DNA of 30,759 nt from an uncultured bacterium. Lineage in GTDB: Bacteria > Lernaellota > Lernaellaia > Lernaellales > Lernaellaceae. Numbering within the stretch: the first letter of the stretch is position 1; each line of letters begins with the position of its first letter. The DNA lies in contig CAZHPN010000063.1 of NCBI GenBank assembly GCA_964534375.1, positions 1-30,759 of the forward strand, written 5' to 3'. Made by a program: the position numbers and the translations under genes. Below, piece after piece: positions 1-8,655 of the stretch. The notes below the pieces were generated by a model, which saw only the letters and a list, made by a program, of their open reading frames with translations, searched no databases and had not been told where the DNA came from.

Positions 1-138
1 CTCGGGCCGATCGGCGGCGACGCGCGGCGCGAGATCTGGAACGGCGAAACGATGCAGCGCGTTCGGGACGACTTGCGCGCCGACCGGCCTGCCGGCCGCT
101 GCCGCGATTGCATCGTCGGCCGCCTGCCGCGTTTTTGA
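1..138 (+). CDS. C-terminal end of a radical SAM SPASM/twitch-domain protein (5' truncated by window edge)
   Basis: Not in the ORF track. Frame 1 reads LGPIGGDARREIWNGETMQRVRDDLRADRPAGRCRDCIVGRLPRF* with TGA at 136-138. The LG...EIWN.E.M..VR.....CxxC pattern is the typical end of a SPASM/twitch domain. Confidence 0.75.
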   Translation, partial: LGPIGGDARREIWNGETMQRVRDDLRADRPAGRCRDCIVGRLPRF

Positions 139-171
139 TGCGGCTGGCGCAACGCTTTTGTTCGTTCGCCG

Positions 172-201
172 TTGACGCGTCGATGACTCTCTGAGTCTAA
201 T
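172..201 (+). promoter_or_regulatory. Possible sigma70-like promoter for the 239 gene
   Basis: TTGACG (172-177), 18 nt spacer, TCTAAT (196-201). A small inverted repeat GACTC-N3-GAGTC (185-197) lies in the spacer. Confidence 0.3.
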
Positions 202-238
202 ATGGCAAAACCGCGACGGGGGCGCCAGTTCTCAACCC

Positions 239-1951
239 ATGCAATCGGTTGCCAAAAATCGGAGATTCGAGTCGGCCGCGGCAGCGGGAACGGCCCTTTT
301 GCTCGCGCTGCTCGTCGCCGAGCTATGTTTCCACGCGTGGCTGATACCGCGCGTGACGTACGATCCCGACGAGTTCTTCACGGTGGGTTCGGCCTGGCGC
401 ATCAGCCAGGGAAAACTTCCCTTCCTTGACATTCTCGACGTGCATCCGCCATTTCTGTTCAAACTTTACTCGGTTCCCCTGGCGTGGCTCGGCGAACGCG
501 CGGACATCGTCGATCTTTTCCGCGGCTTCCACGGCGGACTGACGCTGCTCTTGTGCTGGTTGATGTTCGCGTTCTATCGGCGGGCATTTGACGCCAAGAC
601 GGCGCTGTGGGCGCTATGCCTGCAGAACAGCCTGCCGTTTTTCGTGCGGACGACGATTCACGTAAGGCCGGATGAGCCGGCATTGCTTTTCATGCTGGCC
701 GCGGCCCTGGTGTTGGCCGGGCCGAAAGATCGGCCGCTCACCCGATCGGGCGTGGCGCTGGCGGCTGTTTTCTCGGGGCTCGCGGCGGCGACGCACATCA
801 CGATTCCATTCCTCGTAGTCGGCGCGGTCGCGTGGTTGTTTCTGGTCCGAGCCCAGGATGCCGGTTGGCTGGCCGGATTGAAGACTTGCTCGTTCTTTGG
901 CGCGGTCGCCATCGCGACCTTTTTGGCCACGTACTTTCTCGTCTTCGGCGTGAAAGCGCCGGCCGCATGGATCGCCAACGCCGAGTTGTTCTCGTTCGTG
1001 CGGGTCTATTTGGATGAAATGCCGAACCAGGCGTGGTTGACGTTTCGAAACTTGCTGGCCGAGAACCCGCTGACCTGGGCGCTGCTTGGCGCCGGCCTGG
1101 CGCATTTTCATGTTCGTTGGGTCATCGCCCGGCGCGCCAGATTGCAGGAGGCGCTGCCCCTGCTGCTGACGGACGGCGGATTGCTCTTTGTCTTGTTCCA
1201 CGATCAGATCTTCGCGCAACATTATCTGCTGGTGACCGTTTTCGCCGCGGGAATCGCGGCCGCCGCCATCCGCGACGGGACCGCAGCGGTTGCACGCCGG
1301 CTCCGCGCCCACTCGGCGCCGGTGGCCGAGTTGGCGATGATTCTTGTTTTCGCGGCGACGACGGTAAACGCCGGACGAGCGGATCTTGCCGCGTCTCGCG
1401 AGCGCGACGCCGTACCGCCGCCGGAGTTGGTCGCCGCCGGCGCGACGCGAGACGGCAAGATGGCCTGGGTCGATCCGGAAACGGCGCGCCACTGTTTGAA
1501 AAAGGCGCCCGGCCTGCAGCAGCCCTTCGCGTACCGTGCACAACCCCAACGGGCCGCGCAATTGCAGTTCTTGCTCGAAAATTCGCGGCCGGACGACATT
1601 GTGTATTCGGATTGGCTGAATCCGCCCTATCGCGAACTCCCGGTCGCCGTCAATCATGGATTGATGATCACGCTTTACGAAAATTCCAAGGCGTTGCGCC
1701 AAAGCCCGCGACTAGCCGCGTTGTTGCGGCGGTTCGATCCCGATTATTCACCGGCGGAATCGGCGGCGGATCAGGTGATGATTCGTTTGTTTGCGGCCAA
1801 ACGACCGGCGTTAATCACGTTGGACGGCCGAATGGCGCAGCTTTTTTGCGATTCGCGGGATTTTCGCGATTGGCTGTCAGCTCGCTATCGCTTGACGTTT
1901 CATCCGGAGAGCGGCAGTTTCTTCGCCCTGCGCAATCGAGAGTGGAATTGA
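239..1951 (+). CDS. GT-C fold polytopic membrane glycosyltransferase (ArnT/PMT-like, GT39/GT83-like)
   Basis: 570 aa. The first TM helix is followed by the acidic loop YDPDEFF...GKLPFLDILDVHPP, then an RPD motif (HVRPDE), about 10-12 hydrophobic segments and a soluble C-terminal domain. Homologous to 15541..16998. Confidence 0.75.
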   Translation: MQSVAKNRRFESAAAAGTALLLALLVAELCFHAWLIPRVTYDPDEFFTVGSAWRISQGKLPFLDILDVHPPFLFKLYSVPLAWLGERADIVDLFRGFHGGLTLLLCWLMFAFYRRAFDAKTALWALCLQNSLPFFVRTTIHVRPDEPALLFMLAAALVLAGPKDRPLTRSGVALAAVFSGLAAATHITIPFLVVGAVAWLFLVRAQDAGWLAGLKTCSFFGAVAIATFLATYFLVFGVKAPAAWIANAELFSFVRVYLDEMPNQAWLTFRNLLAENPLTWALLGAGLAHFHVRWVIARRARLQEALPLLLTDGGLLFVLFHDQIFAQHYLLVTVFAAGIAAAAIRDGTAAVARRLRAHSAPVAELAMILVFAATTVNAGRADLAASRERDAVPPPELVAAGATRDGKMAWVDPETARHCLKKAPGLQQPFAYRAQPQRAAQLQFLLENSRPDDIVYSDWLNPPYRELPVAVNHGLMITLYENSKALRQSPRLAALLRRFDPDYSPAESAADQVMIRLFAAKRPALITLDGRMAQLFCDSRDFRDWLSARYRLTFHPESGSFFALRNREWN

Positions 1952-1953
1952 AA

Positions 1954-1975
1954 TGGTCGGCGCCGTTGGATTCGA
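1954..1975 (-). other. 22-bp sequence resembling a tRNA 3' end (tRNA-Pro-like); possible att-site relic
   Basis: Minus strand reads TCGAAT-CCAAC-GGCGCCG-A-CCA, i.e. T-loop remnant, 5-nt T-stem strand, 7-nt acceptor strand, discriminator A and CCA in exact tRNA spacing. The 5' part of the tRNA is absent. Confidence 0.35.
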
Positions 1976-2020
1976 GACGCGCCGCGCGTCCGTTGCGCCC
2001 TGCGCCGAAAAACGAATAAC

Positions 2021-3721
2021 ATGACCGACGTCGGAATGAAGGATGCGCGTCCGATGGATCCTGCAAATCGTGACCGCTTGCCGTGGCCGTCGCTCGCGGC
2101 GTTTGTCGCGGCCGCGGCAGTCTATTCGGCGCCGTGGGTCCCGCTGCTCATCCTGCAGGCCGAAAATTCGCTCCCGATCACGGCTTTCCTGTTCGAGTTG
2201 TTCGACGTCGATCGTCAGATCAGACCGCAAATCGAAAACACGCTAGCGGTCGCCGCTTTCCTGGGTTTCGCGCTGCCGCTGGCGGTGTACTTCGCGGGAT
2301 ATTTTCGCCAGCGCTTCCCGCGCCTCACCGTGGGTTTGGCGATTCCCTACTGGGCGATCGTCGTCGCCTGCCACGAGTTGCACCTGCTCGTGACCTATTG
2401 CATGGCGCCGGCGTATTTCGCGGCCTGCCTGGCGCTGGCGGCAGGCGCCCTCATATCTCGTCGCGCGGGGCCTGGGCGGTTGCTGGTCACGTCCGCCACG
2501 CTGCTGCTTGCTGCCGGCGCATCCTTTGCAGAATTGCGGCAACACTCCCACCTGGCCGCGACGCTCACGCTCGGCGTTGGCGCCGCGTGTCTCGGGGGGA
2601 CGTGGTGGTTCTTCCGACGCGGCGCCTTGTCGTCCGTTTCGCGAACGGCTCTCGCCTTCGCCGTTTTTTTTGTGCCGATTTATTCTCGCGGGTTGATTGT
2701 CTGGCAGTTGACGTTTCCCCGGAGCGCCGGTGAAGTCCTCGGCCAGCCCGGGATTCGCGCACTGTTTACCTACGACGACCCGCGCCTCGCCGGCCGTCTT
2801 CCGGCGCAGATCATGTTCATGACGCGGCGACCAGGAACGGAGCAGATTGTTCTCGTGCCGCAGCGGCCATTCCACGAGTTGACGATTTTGACGCCCGGCG
2901 CCTCGCCCGTCGTGCGCCGCGTGGACTTGGGTCCCCGCGGTTCCGACAACGCGCTGTGGGACGCGGACGATTCGTCCCGCCTCTGGGTCGGCGGTGGAAA
3001 TCAATTTTACGAGATTTCGACGACCGCGGCGAAAATCCTACGCCAGACGACGCTCGGGGAATCCTTCCAAAAACTCAATTTCGTCCACTTCGACGCCCGG
3101 CGAAATCGGTTTGCGTGGTCGCAGGACTTCGGCGACTCGCTCTTCGTCGTCGATCGCGAAACGATGCAGCTTGTGCAGCGGATTCGGGCCCTCCCGAAAT
3201 CCCATTTCGACGATGTGTGGGTCGATCCGGTTCGCGACCTGATTTGGAGCGACAGTCGCTATTGCCACATTTTTGGCCGTCGGCTGAGCGCCTACCGCGC
3301 CGAGGATTTTCAGTTGGCGAAATCCTACACGATGCCTTGGGACTTCGGTTTCAATTTCGGCACGATCGATCCGGTAGGCGGGCGCGCTTACCTGGGCTCG
3401 ACAATCCGCGGTCGCGTGCAGGTTGTCGATCTCGACAATTTGGCCGTCGTGGACGACATTCCCGTAGAGGCAGGAATACGGTGTCTCAATTTTGACGCCG
3501 TGCGCCGCTGGGTTCTGATCGGCAGCTACTTCCGCGGTCGACTCTTCGTTTATGACGTCGAACGTCGCGCGTTGTTGGGACCGCTTTTTTTGGGCAAGCG
3601 CCTGCGCTGGGTCGAGGTCGACGCCGAACGCGGCGTGTGGACAACGGCGACGGCTGCCGGCGGTTTCGAAATCGATCCGGACAAAGCATACGCGGCGCTC
3701 GCTAGAGCCGGCGCCGAATAG
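2021..3721 (+). CDS. Membrane protein with C-terminal YncE-like beta-propeller domain
   Basis: 566 aa; the start could be a slightly later ATG. About 7 N-terminal hydrophobic helices are followed by repeated blade motifs (FDARRNRF, VDPVRDLIW, IDPVGGRAYLG, FDAVRRWVLIG, VVDLDNLAVVDDIPV). Confidence 0.7.
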   Translation: MTDVGMKDARPMDPANRDRLPWPSLAAFVAAAAVYSAPWVPLLILQAENSLPITAFLFELFDVDRQIRPQIENTLAVAAFLGFALPLAVYFAGYFRQRFPRLTVGLAIPYWAIVVACHELHLLVTYCMAPAYFAACLALAAGALISRRAGPGRLLVTSATLLLAAGASFAELRQHSHLAATLTLGVGAACLGGTWWFFRRGALSSVSRTALAFAVFFVPIYSRGLIVWQLTFPRSAGEVLGQPGIRALFTYDDPRLAGRLPAQIMFMTRRPGTEQIVLVPQRPFHELTILTPGASPVVRRVDLGPRGSDNALWDADDSSRLWVGGGNQFYEISTTAAKILRQTTLGESFQKLNFVHFDARRNRFAWSQDFGDSLFVVDRETMQLVQRIRALPKSHFDDVWVDPVRDLIWSDSRYCHIFGRRLSAYRAEDFQLAKSYTMPWDFGFNFGTIDPVGGRAYLGSTIRGRVQVVDLDNLAVVDDIPVEAGIRCLNFDAVRRWVLIGSYFRGRLFVYDVERRALLGPLFLGKRLRWVEVDAERGVWTTATAAGGFEIDPDKAYAALARAGAE

Positions 3722-3765
3722 ACCGCGTCGGGATCAACTTGCGTTCGTCGACGCGGCGACCAAAA

Positions 3766-3794
3766 TTGGAACTCACGGTCGAACGTGGTACGCT
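3766..3794 (+). promoter_or_regulatory. Sigma70-like promoter with extended -10 for the GT2 gene
   Basis: TTGGAA (3766-3771), 17 nt spacer, TACGCT (3789-3794), with TG at 3786-3787. It lies upstream of the AAGGA RBS (3811-3815) and GTG 3826. Confidence 0.4.
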
Positions 3795-3825
3795 CCGTCA
3801 GACTTCCTCAAAGGATGAACCGCCG

Positions 3826-4560
3826 GTGAATCTGTCGATCGTCATGCCCGCCTACAATGAAGCGGAAAATCTGCCTGGCATGCTGGCTGCTCTGGACGAT
3901 TTCATTGCGTCGGCGGACTGCGAAGTCGAGGTGATCGTCGTTGATGATGGCAGCGTTGACAACAGCGGTCGCATACTGAGCGTGGAAGCCCAGCGGCGGC
4001 CGTGGCTGAAGACGATCACGATGCCGCGCAACATGGGCATGGGCGCAGCGCTGCGACGCGGGACGGCCAGCGCGACGCAGCCGCTCGTGGCCTGGGTAAT
4101 GGCCGACCGCAGCGATCGGCTCGACGACCTGTGCGAGATGCGCCGACGATTGCTGGCCGGCGCCGATCTCGTTGTCGGCAGCCGCGCCGCGCCGGGCGGC
4201 GGTTATGGCGACTTCGTCGGCGCGAAAGCCTGGGGCAGTTGGCTATTCTCGCAATTCGCGCGGCGATTGCTCGGCCTGCCCATCTCCGATTCGACCAACG
4301 CCTTTCGCGCTTTTCGACGCGAGGTGTTTGCCGAGTTGCACTTGCTACGGGACGATTTCGCCATTTCCATTGAGATGGTGGCGCAGGCGGCGGCCCACGG
4401 CCGTCGCATTGAGCAGACGCCGACGATTTACGCCGCCCGCCGGCAAGGCGTCACCCATTTCCGCATTGTGCGCATGGGCGCGATCTACTTGTTTTTGACG
4501 CTGCGTGCGTGGATTTCGCGACTCTATCGGCGCGACCACGGCGCGACGGGCGGCCCATGA
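3826..4560 (+). CDS. Glycosyltransferase family 2, dolichol/polyprenol-phosphate mannose synthase (DPM1)-like
   Basis: Motifs LSIVMPAYNEAENL, IVVDDGSVD, NMGMGAAL, VMADRSD (DxD-like), DLVVGSR, ISDSTNAFRAFRR. Start moved from 3739 to GTG 3826 because AAGGA lies 10 nt upstream and the domain begins there (244 aa). Confidence 0.9.
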   Translation: MNLSIVMPAYNEAENLPGMLAALDDFIASADCEVEVIVVDDGSVDNSGRILSVEAQRRPWLKTITMPRNMGMGAALRRGTASATQPLVAWVMADRSDRLDDLCEMRRRLLAGADLVVGSRAAPGGGYGDFVGAKAWGSWLFSQFARRLLGLPISDSTNAFRAFRREVFAELHLLRDDFAISIEMVAQAAAHGRRIEQTPTIYAARRQGVTHFRIVRMGAIYLFLTLRAWISRLYRRDHGATGGP

Positions 4561-4869
4561 CTCAGTCACGTCGCGAATCCGGCGCCGTTCGCTCCGCCAA
4601 ACGCGCGAGACGGACATCGACCTGCGAAAGAATAGGCAATCCGCAAGCGTTTTTGTCGTTTCCCGATCCTCATGCCCCGGCCTCTTTCGCGCCGTTTTGT
4701 TTGACTTGCCGGCCAAATTCGGGTAATGACGCGGATGCGGGTGAGACCCTCTGCGGATCTAACGGGAACGATGTTTTTTCGTTCATTGGTTTCAGTTCTC
4801 CCGCACATTCAGCGGTCGGAGCCCGAATGATCTGACCGGTCGTCGAGCGGCGCACAGGATAGAGACGTC

Positions 4870-6285
4870 ATGCATATCCTTCTCGTGGCGGACATGCTCG
4901 CGTCGCGAAACTTCCAGCCGCTGAGCCTGGAATATCTTTCCAGCTCGCTGCGCGCATCAGGACATACGGTGCGCCTCGCCGACGCCAGCGTACCGACGGC
5001 GGTGGCGCGGACTGTGGCGTCATTCCAACCGGGATTCATCGGCTTCAGCGCGACAACCGGCCTGCATCGTGCGCTGCTCGCGATCAACCGTGCTCTCAAA
5101 AAAGACTTTCGCTTTTTTTCCGTGTTCGGCGGACCGCACGCGACCATGCATCCCCAGATGTTGAACGATCCGGACGTCGACGCCATCTGCCTCGGCGAGG
5201 GCGAGGAAGCAATCGTCGAGTTGGCGGGTCGGCTGGCGGCGGGTCGCAATCCGTCGGGCGTGCGCAACATTTGGTTTAAGACCGCCGGCGGCATCGGGCG
5301 AAATCCCTTGCGGCCGCTGGTGCGTGACTTGGAACGGCTCCCGCGCCCCGATTGGGGCCTGGTCGACGAATTTCCGTATTGCCGCGAATTCCCGGTCAAA
5401 GTCTTCATCACCGCCCGCGGTTGCCCGTTCGCCTGCGCGTTTTGCCAATTGACCGCGTATCGTAAGCTCTATCCGAACGAGTCTTTTTTCCGGCGCCGGC
5501 GGCCCGCCGACGTGGTCGCCGAAATCGAGGAATTTCGGCGCGCGCGTCTATTGTCATTTGTTTTCCTTTTTGATGATACGTTCGGCGTCGACCCCGATTG
5601 GCTGGCCGATTTTTGCGAGCAATACGGCGCACGCATTCGCGTTCCGTATTGCGTGCAACTGCGCGCCGATTTGGTGACCGATGACGCGTTGCGGCGACTG
5701 GCGAAATCCGGACTCGCCCAGGCTTGTTTCGGCCTGGAGTCGGGCATCGAGCGCCTTCGTTTCCAACTTCTGCGCAAGCGAATTTCCGATGTCCAGATAT
5801 TGGAGGCGGCGCGGATTATCAAACGGCATGGCGTCAAACTGATGACGTACAGCATGCTGGGTCTGCCTGGCACGTCGCTGAGCGACGACGTGGCGACCTT
5901 GAAACTCAACTGGCAAGTGAAAGCGGACTTCAGCGACGCCACCATGTTCCAGCCGTATCCGAAAATTCCGCTGGCCGACGAGGCGGTGCGGCTGGGCGTG
6001 TACAGCGGCGACCCGGACGCCATTCCGCGATCGCTGAAACGCGCCGGTCCGATTTTGTTGTCCGACAAGGACCAGCGCGTTCGGTTGATGTACTTATTCC
6101 CGATCTTGGCCGCGCATCCGGCGTCCGACCGAGTCATCCAGGCGCTGCTGGCGTTGCCGCTGGCGCCGCTGTACCGCATCGTGCTTCGGACCTACGAAGG
6201 GCTCGTCCGCGTTTTTCGCGTCTACCGCGTTTCCATCTCGATACGGGTTTTGTTGAAAATTTATTGGCGGTATGTTCGGTTTTGA
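4870..6285 (+). CDS. Cobalamin (B12)-binding domain radical SAM protein
   Basis: 471 aa. N-terminal B12-binding fold (PLSLEYLSSSL, GGPHAT, CLGEGEE), then ARGCPFACAFC (CX3CX2C), FDDTF, FGLESG, MLGLPG, FQPYP. Confidence 0.92.
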   Translation: MHILLVADMLASRNFQPLSLEYLSSSLRASGHTVRLADASVPTAVARTVASFQPGFIGFSATTGLHRALLAINRALKKDFRFFSVFGGPHATMHPQMLNDPDVDAICLGEGEEAIVELAGRLAAGRNPSGVRNIWFKTAGGIGRNPLRPLVRDLERLPRPDWGLVDEFPYCREFPVKVFITARGCPFACAFCQLTAYRKLYPNESFFRRRRPADVVAEIEEFRRARLLSFVFLFDDTFGVDPDWLADFCEQYGARIRVPYCVQLRADLVTDDALRRLAKSGLAQACFGLESGIERLRFQLLRKRISDVQILEAARIIKRHGVKLMTYSMLGLPGTSLSDDVATLKLNWQVKADFSDATMFQPYPKIPLADEAVRLGVYSGDPDAIPRSLKRAGPILLSDKDQRVRLMYLFPILAAHPASDRVIQALLALPLAPLYRIVLRTYEGLVRVFRVYRVSISIRVLLKIYWRYVRF

Positions 6286-6388
6286 AACCTCGGTTGCACC
6301 GGACGCCAAGAACACCGGCGGCCGAAGGAAAGCGCGCCGTCGGCTCGCAACCTGACGGCGACCAACCGAGACCTAAAGGCTGTCGTTG

Positions 6389-8038
6389 ATGGAAAGAACG
6401 GAGAAAATTAGACCTTCGACCGGCGAAACTCTCGCGGCCGTTTTCGTCGGGCTGTTGACGGCGGCGTATTTTGTTTTCGGCGCCTCTCTTCTATATGCCA
6501 AGTGGATTGACTTCGATCCCTACTTGCTCGATTTTGGCAAATGCGGCCGTCTGTTCGACGCCGTGATCCACGGCGTGCCGTACGAGAACACAACCGTATA
6601 CTACGCGTTTGTTCACGCGGGCATTCTCCCCGTTTTGCTGTTTTTCAGTACGATGATTCGGCCAATCTTCGTGATTTTTGCGGCCCACCTGTTGCCGTTG
6701 ACGGTTGCCGTTCCCCTTCTTTATCGCGTCGCCCGCCAGTCCCTGCCGGGTGTCATACTGCCTCTCACCGTGGTCATTGCATTCGTGCTTAGCCCGACGA
6801 TCGACCTGATCACGATCGGGTTCATGCGGCTCAATACGATCTTGTTAGTATTTTTCCTGCTGACAGTCTTCTATCTGAACAAGAACGCCGCGCGACCGGC
6901 GCTGCGGATGGCGATGATCGGCAGTCTGGTGCGCATCGACGGCGTCCCTTTCTTCTTTTTGCTCGGCCTGATGGTGGTCATGGGAAAGAACCGCGAGTTA
7001 GGGAAACGAATCATGCTTCGCGCGTTGGTCGGCCTCGGAATTTTTGCGGCGGCGGTCGCGATATTCTGGGCGGCGACGGGCATCCAACAGGATCTTTGGC
7101 AAGTGCGTTTGCTGGGCCCCGCCGCTGGTTTTCCCTCTCTCGAGTCGAGCCTTGCGCATCTCGGACGGACGCTGCTCACCCCAGCTTCGTACAAGCACTG
7201 CACCATCGTTTTTCAGTTTTTCCTTCTGCCTTTGCTCGCCCCGCTGTGGCTGCTGCCGGCCGCCGCGAATCTGCTGTACGTTGTAGTTAGCGCGGAGAAT
7301 TATCAATCCATTCCGCTGATCCACAGCTTGGCCGCCCCGGGGACGTTCTTGGTCCCCTATCTGCACCCCAACGACACGGACCTTTTCGCCGTGTTTCTCG
7401 TCGCCATGATTCAGGCGATCGGAAAAATCGATCGGTGGGCGACCACACTGGCGCGTCGAGAGATCCGCCCCATCATCGGCGGGGTCTTGATTGCCGCATT
7501 TCTTGCCGCGCATTGGTTCTGCACGCCGCCGTCGTTAGGACCCGTTCCGCTCACTCCCAGCTTCAATCTCGAATATTACCGGCCGACGCCTCACTCGCAA
7601 CTGGCGTGGCGTTTCCTGGCCGCCGTGCCGCGCGACCGCTTCGGACTACTGCAGTTCTCGTTCGCCGAACGGGCCGACGCCCTGCCGCGCGGCATCGAAT
7701 TCAATTCGGAAACCACAGTTCGGCCCGAGACCCAATATGTCCTTTGCGATTTGTTTGCCTTCAGCCCGAATATGTCCAAGCGGAAGCTGATCGAGAAAAT
7801 TCGTTCGATTCTCTTGCGTCGGGACTTCGCCGTGGCCGGATTTGAAGACGGGATCATTTATCTGGTTCGACATTCGGCAAACGAAAGAAACGGGGAAGTC
7901 GCCGCTTATATCGACGAAAACTACGAATCGCTCTCTCGAAATCTCGCCAGTCCGTATCGTGACGGGTGGTTACCGCGGGAAGAAGCGCTGCATCGGACGT
8001 TCGGACCGACCATGCTCCCGATGTCGCCCACGCGGTAG
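6389..8038 (+). CDS. Polytopic membrane protein, DUF2079-like (probable GT-C fold)
   Basis: About 549 aa from ATG 6389 (the ORF track starts at TTG 6386). TM1 is followed by the loop FDPYLLDFG...IHG...VHAGILPVLL, then FLLPLLAPLWLLPA. The C-terminal YVLCD...FAVAGFEDGIIYLVR resembles DUF2079 proteins. Confidence 0.6.
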   Translation: MERTEKIRPSTGETLAAVFVGLLTAAYFVFGASLLYAKWIDFDPYLLDFGKCGRLFDAVIHGVPYENTTVYYAFVHAGILPVLLFFSTMIRPIFVIFAAHLLPLTVAVPLLYRVARQSLPGVILPLTVVIAFVLSPTIDLITIGFMRLNTILLVFFLLTVFYLNKNAARPALRMAMIGSLVRIDGVPFFFLLGLMVVMGKNRELGKRIMLRALVGLGIFAAAVAIFWAATGIQQDLWQVRLLGPAAGFPSLESSLAHLGRTLLTPASYKHCTIVFQFFLLPLLAPLWLLPAAANLLYVVVSAENYQSIPLIHSLAAPGTFLVPYLHPNDTDLFAVFLVAMIQAIGKIDRWATTLARREIRPIIGGVLIAAFLAAHWFCTPPSLGPVPLTPSFNLEYYRPTPHSQLAWRFLAAVPRDRFGLLQFSFAERADALPRGIEFNSETTVRPETQYVLCDLFAFSPNMSKRKLIEKIRSILLRRDFAVAGFEDGIIYLVRHSANERNGEVAAYIDENYESLSRNLASPYRDGWLPREEALHRTFGPTMLPMSPTR

Positions 8039-8316
8039 CTGTCGGCGCCAAATTATTACTCACGGCGGCAGGGAGCTTTCGGCCGAGGCAGTCGTTTTGT
8101 CGCGCGTAATGCTGAAATGAATCCGAAGTTCCCGGCAAGAAAGCAAGAAGCCGGCGATAATTCGCGGAAAGGGCAGAAATCGGCGTTTCCGTTGCCGGCT
8201 GCTCGTGTTGCACGTGGAGCGGCACGCCGTGGGGCGTGCGCGTGGTGTGTTTTTTCGCTGGATGGCAGCCGATCCTTCGGCTGGCGCGATGAGATTGCGG
8301 TCGCCGCGCAGTTCGG

Positions 8317-8345
8317 GCCATTGCTGTTCTTCGAACAGCAATGGC
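8317..8345. terminator. Perfect 13-bp inverted repeat between convergent genes; possible terminator or stabiliser hairpin
   Basis: GCCATTGCTGTTC-TTC-GAACAGCAATGGC. No adjacent U-tract, so terminator function is uncertain. Confidence 0.35.
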
Positions 8346-8382
8346 GTCCCGGACGCGACGCATGGCGCCATTCGACGCAGTA

Positions 8383-8648
8383 GGCCAAGCGCTCGTGCAA
8401 CGTGGCGACTTGGTCGGCCACGGTCGTCGGGTCGCCGCTGTTCCCCGGGCAGACCTCCAGGAGCGGGCCCGGCCCTCGTCGTCAGCCAAGAGGCGGCATA
8501 CGACATTCGGCGGCTGGCGCTTGCGGTCGCGGTTTTGGCCAAACTCCGCCATCGCGCAGGTGCGCCCTTCGACGTAACTGCTGCTCACGTCGTGGAGCGC
8601 CATGCCGCCGTCGACGAGGTGTCGCGCCGCCAGATTCGTTTCGATCGG
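8383..8648 (-). pseudogene. IS1634-family transposase remnant (frameshifted internal fragment)
   Basis: Minus strand reads PIETNLAARHLVDGGMALHDVSSSYVEGRTCAMAEFGQNRDRKRQPPNVVCRLLADDEGR, then a frameshift near 8461-8470, then LEVCPGNSGDPTTVADQVATLHERL. This matches the IS1634-type pattern IE..LA.RHL....LYDVSSSY.EG..C.LA.FG.NRD.K.....IV.GLL.D..G.P...EVF.GN..DP.TV..QV..L..RF. Confidence 0.8.
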
Positions 8649-8655
8649 CCGATTC

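Noticed and set aside
614..2019. Long alternative-frame and antisense ORFs (614..1702 minus, 1033..2019 plus, and similar ones such as 2243..3004, 13062..13814, 27140..27943 and 29859..30671)
   Set aside because: Shadow ORFs expected in GC-rich DNA. They overlap genes with clear family motifs and carry no motifs of their own.
4701..4729. TTGACT-anchored promoter upstream of 4870 (and TTGACA at 11306-11311 upstream of 11389)
   Set aside because: Good -35 hexamers but only weak -10 matches at acceptable spacing.
7854..8603. ORF 7854..8603 (249 aa) as an intact gene
   Set aside because: Only the first 45 or so codons are transposase-like. The rest is out-of-frame read-through that overlaps the 6389..8038 gene.
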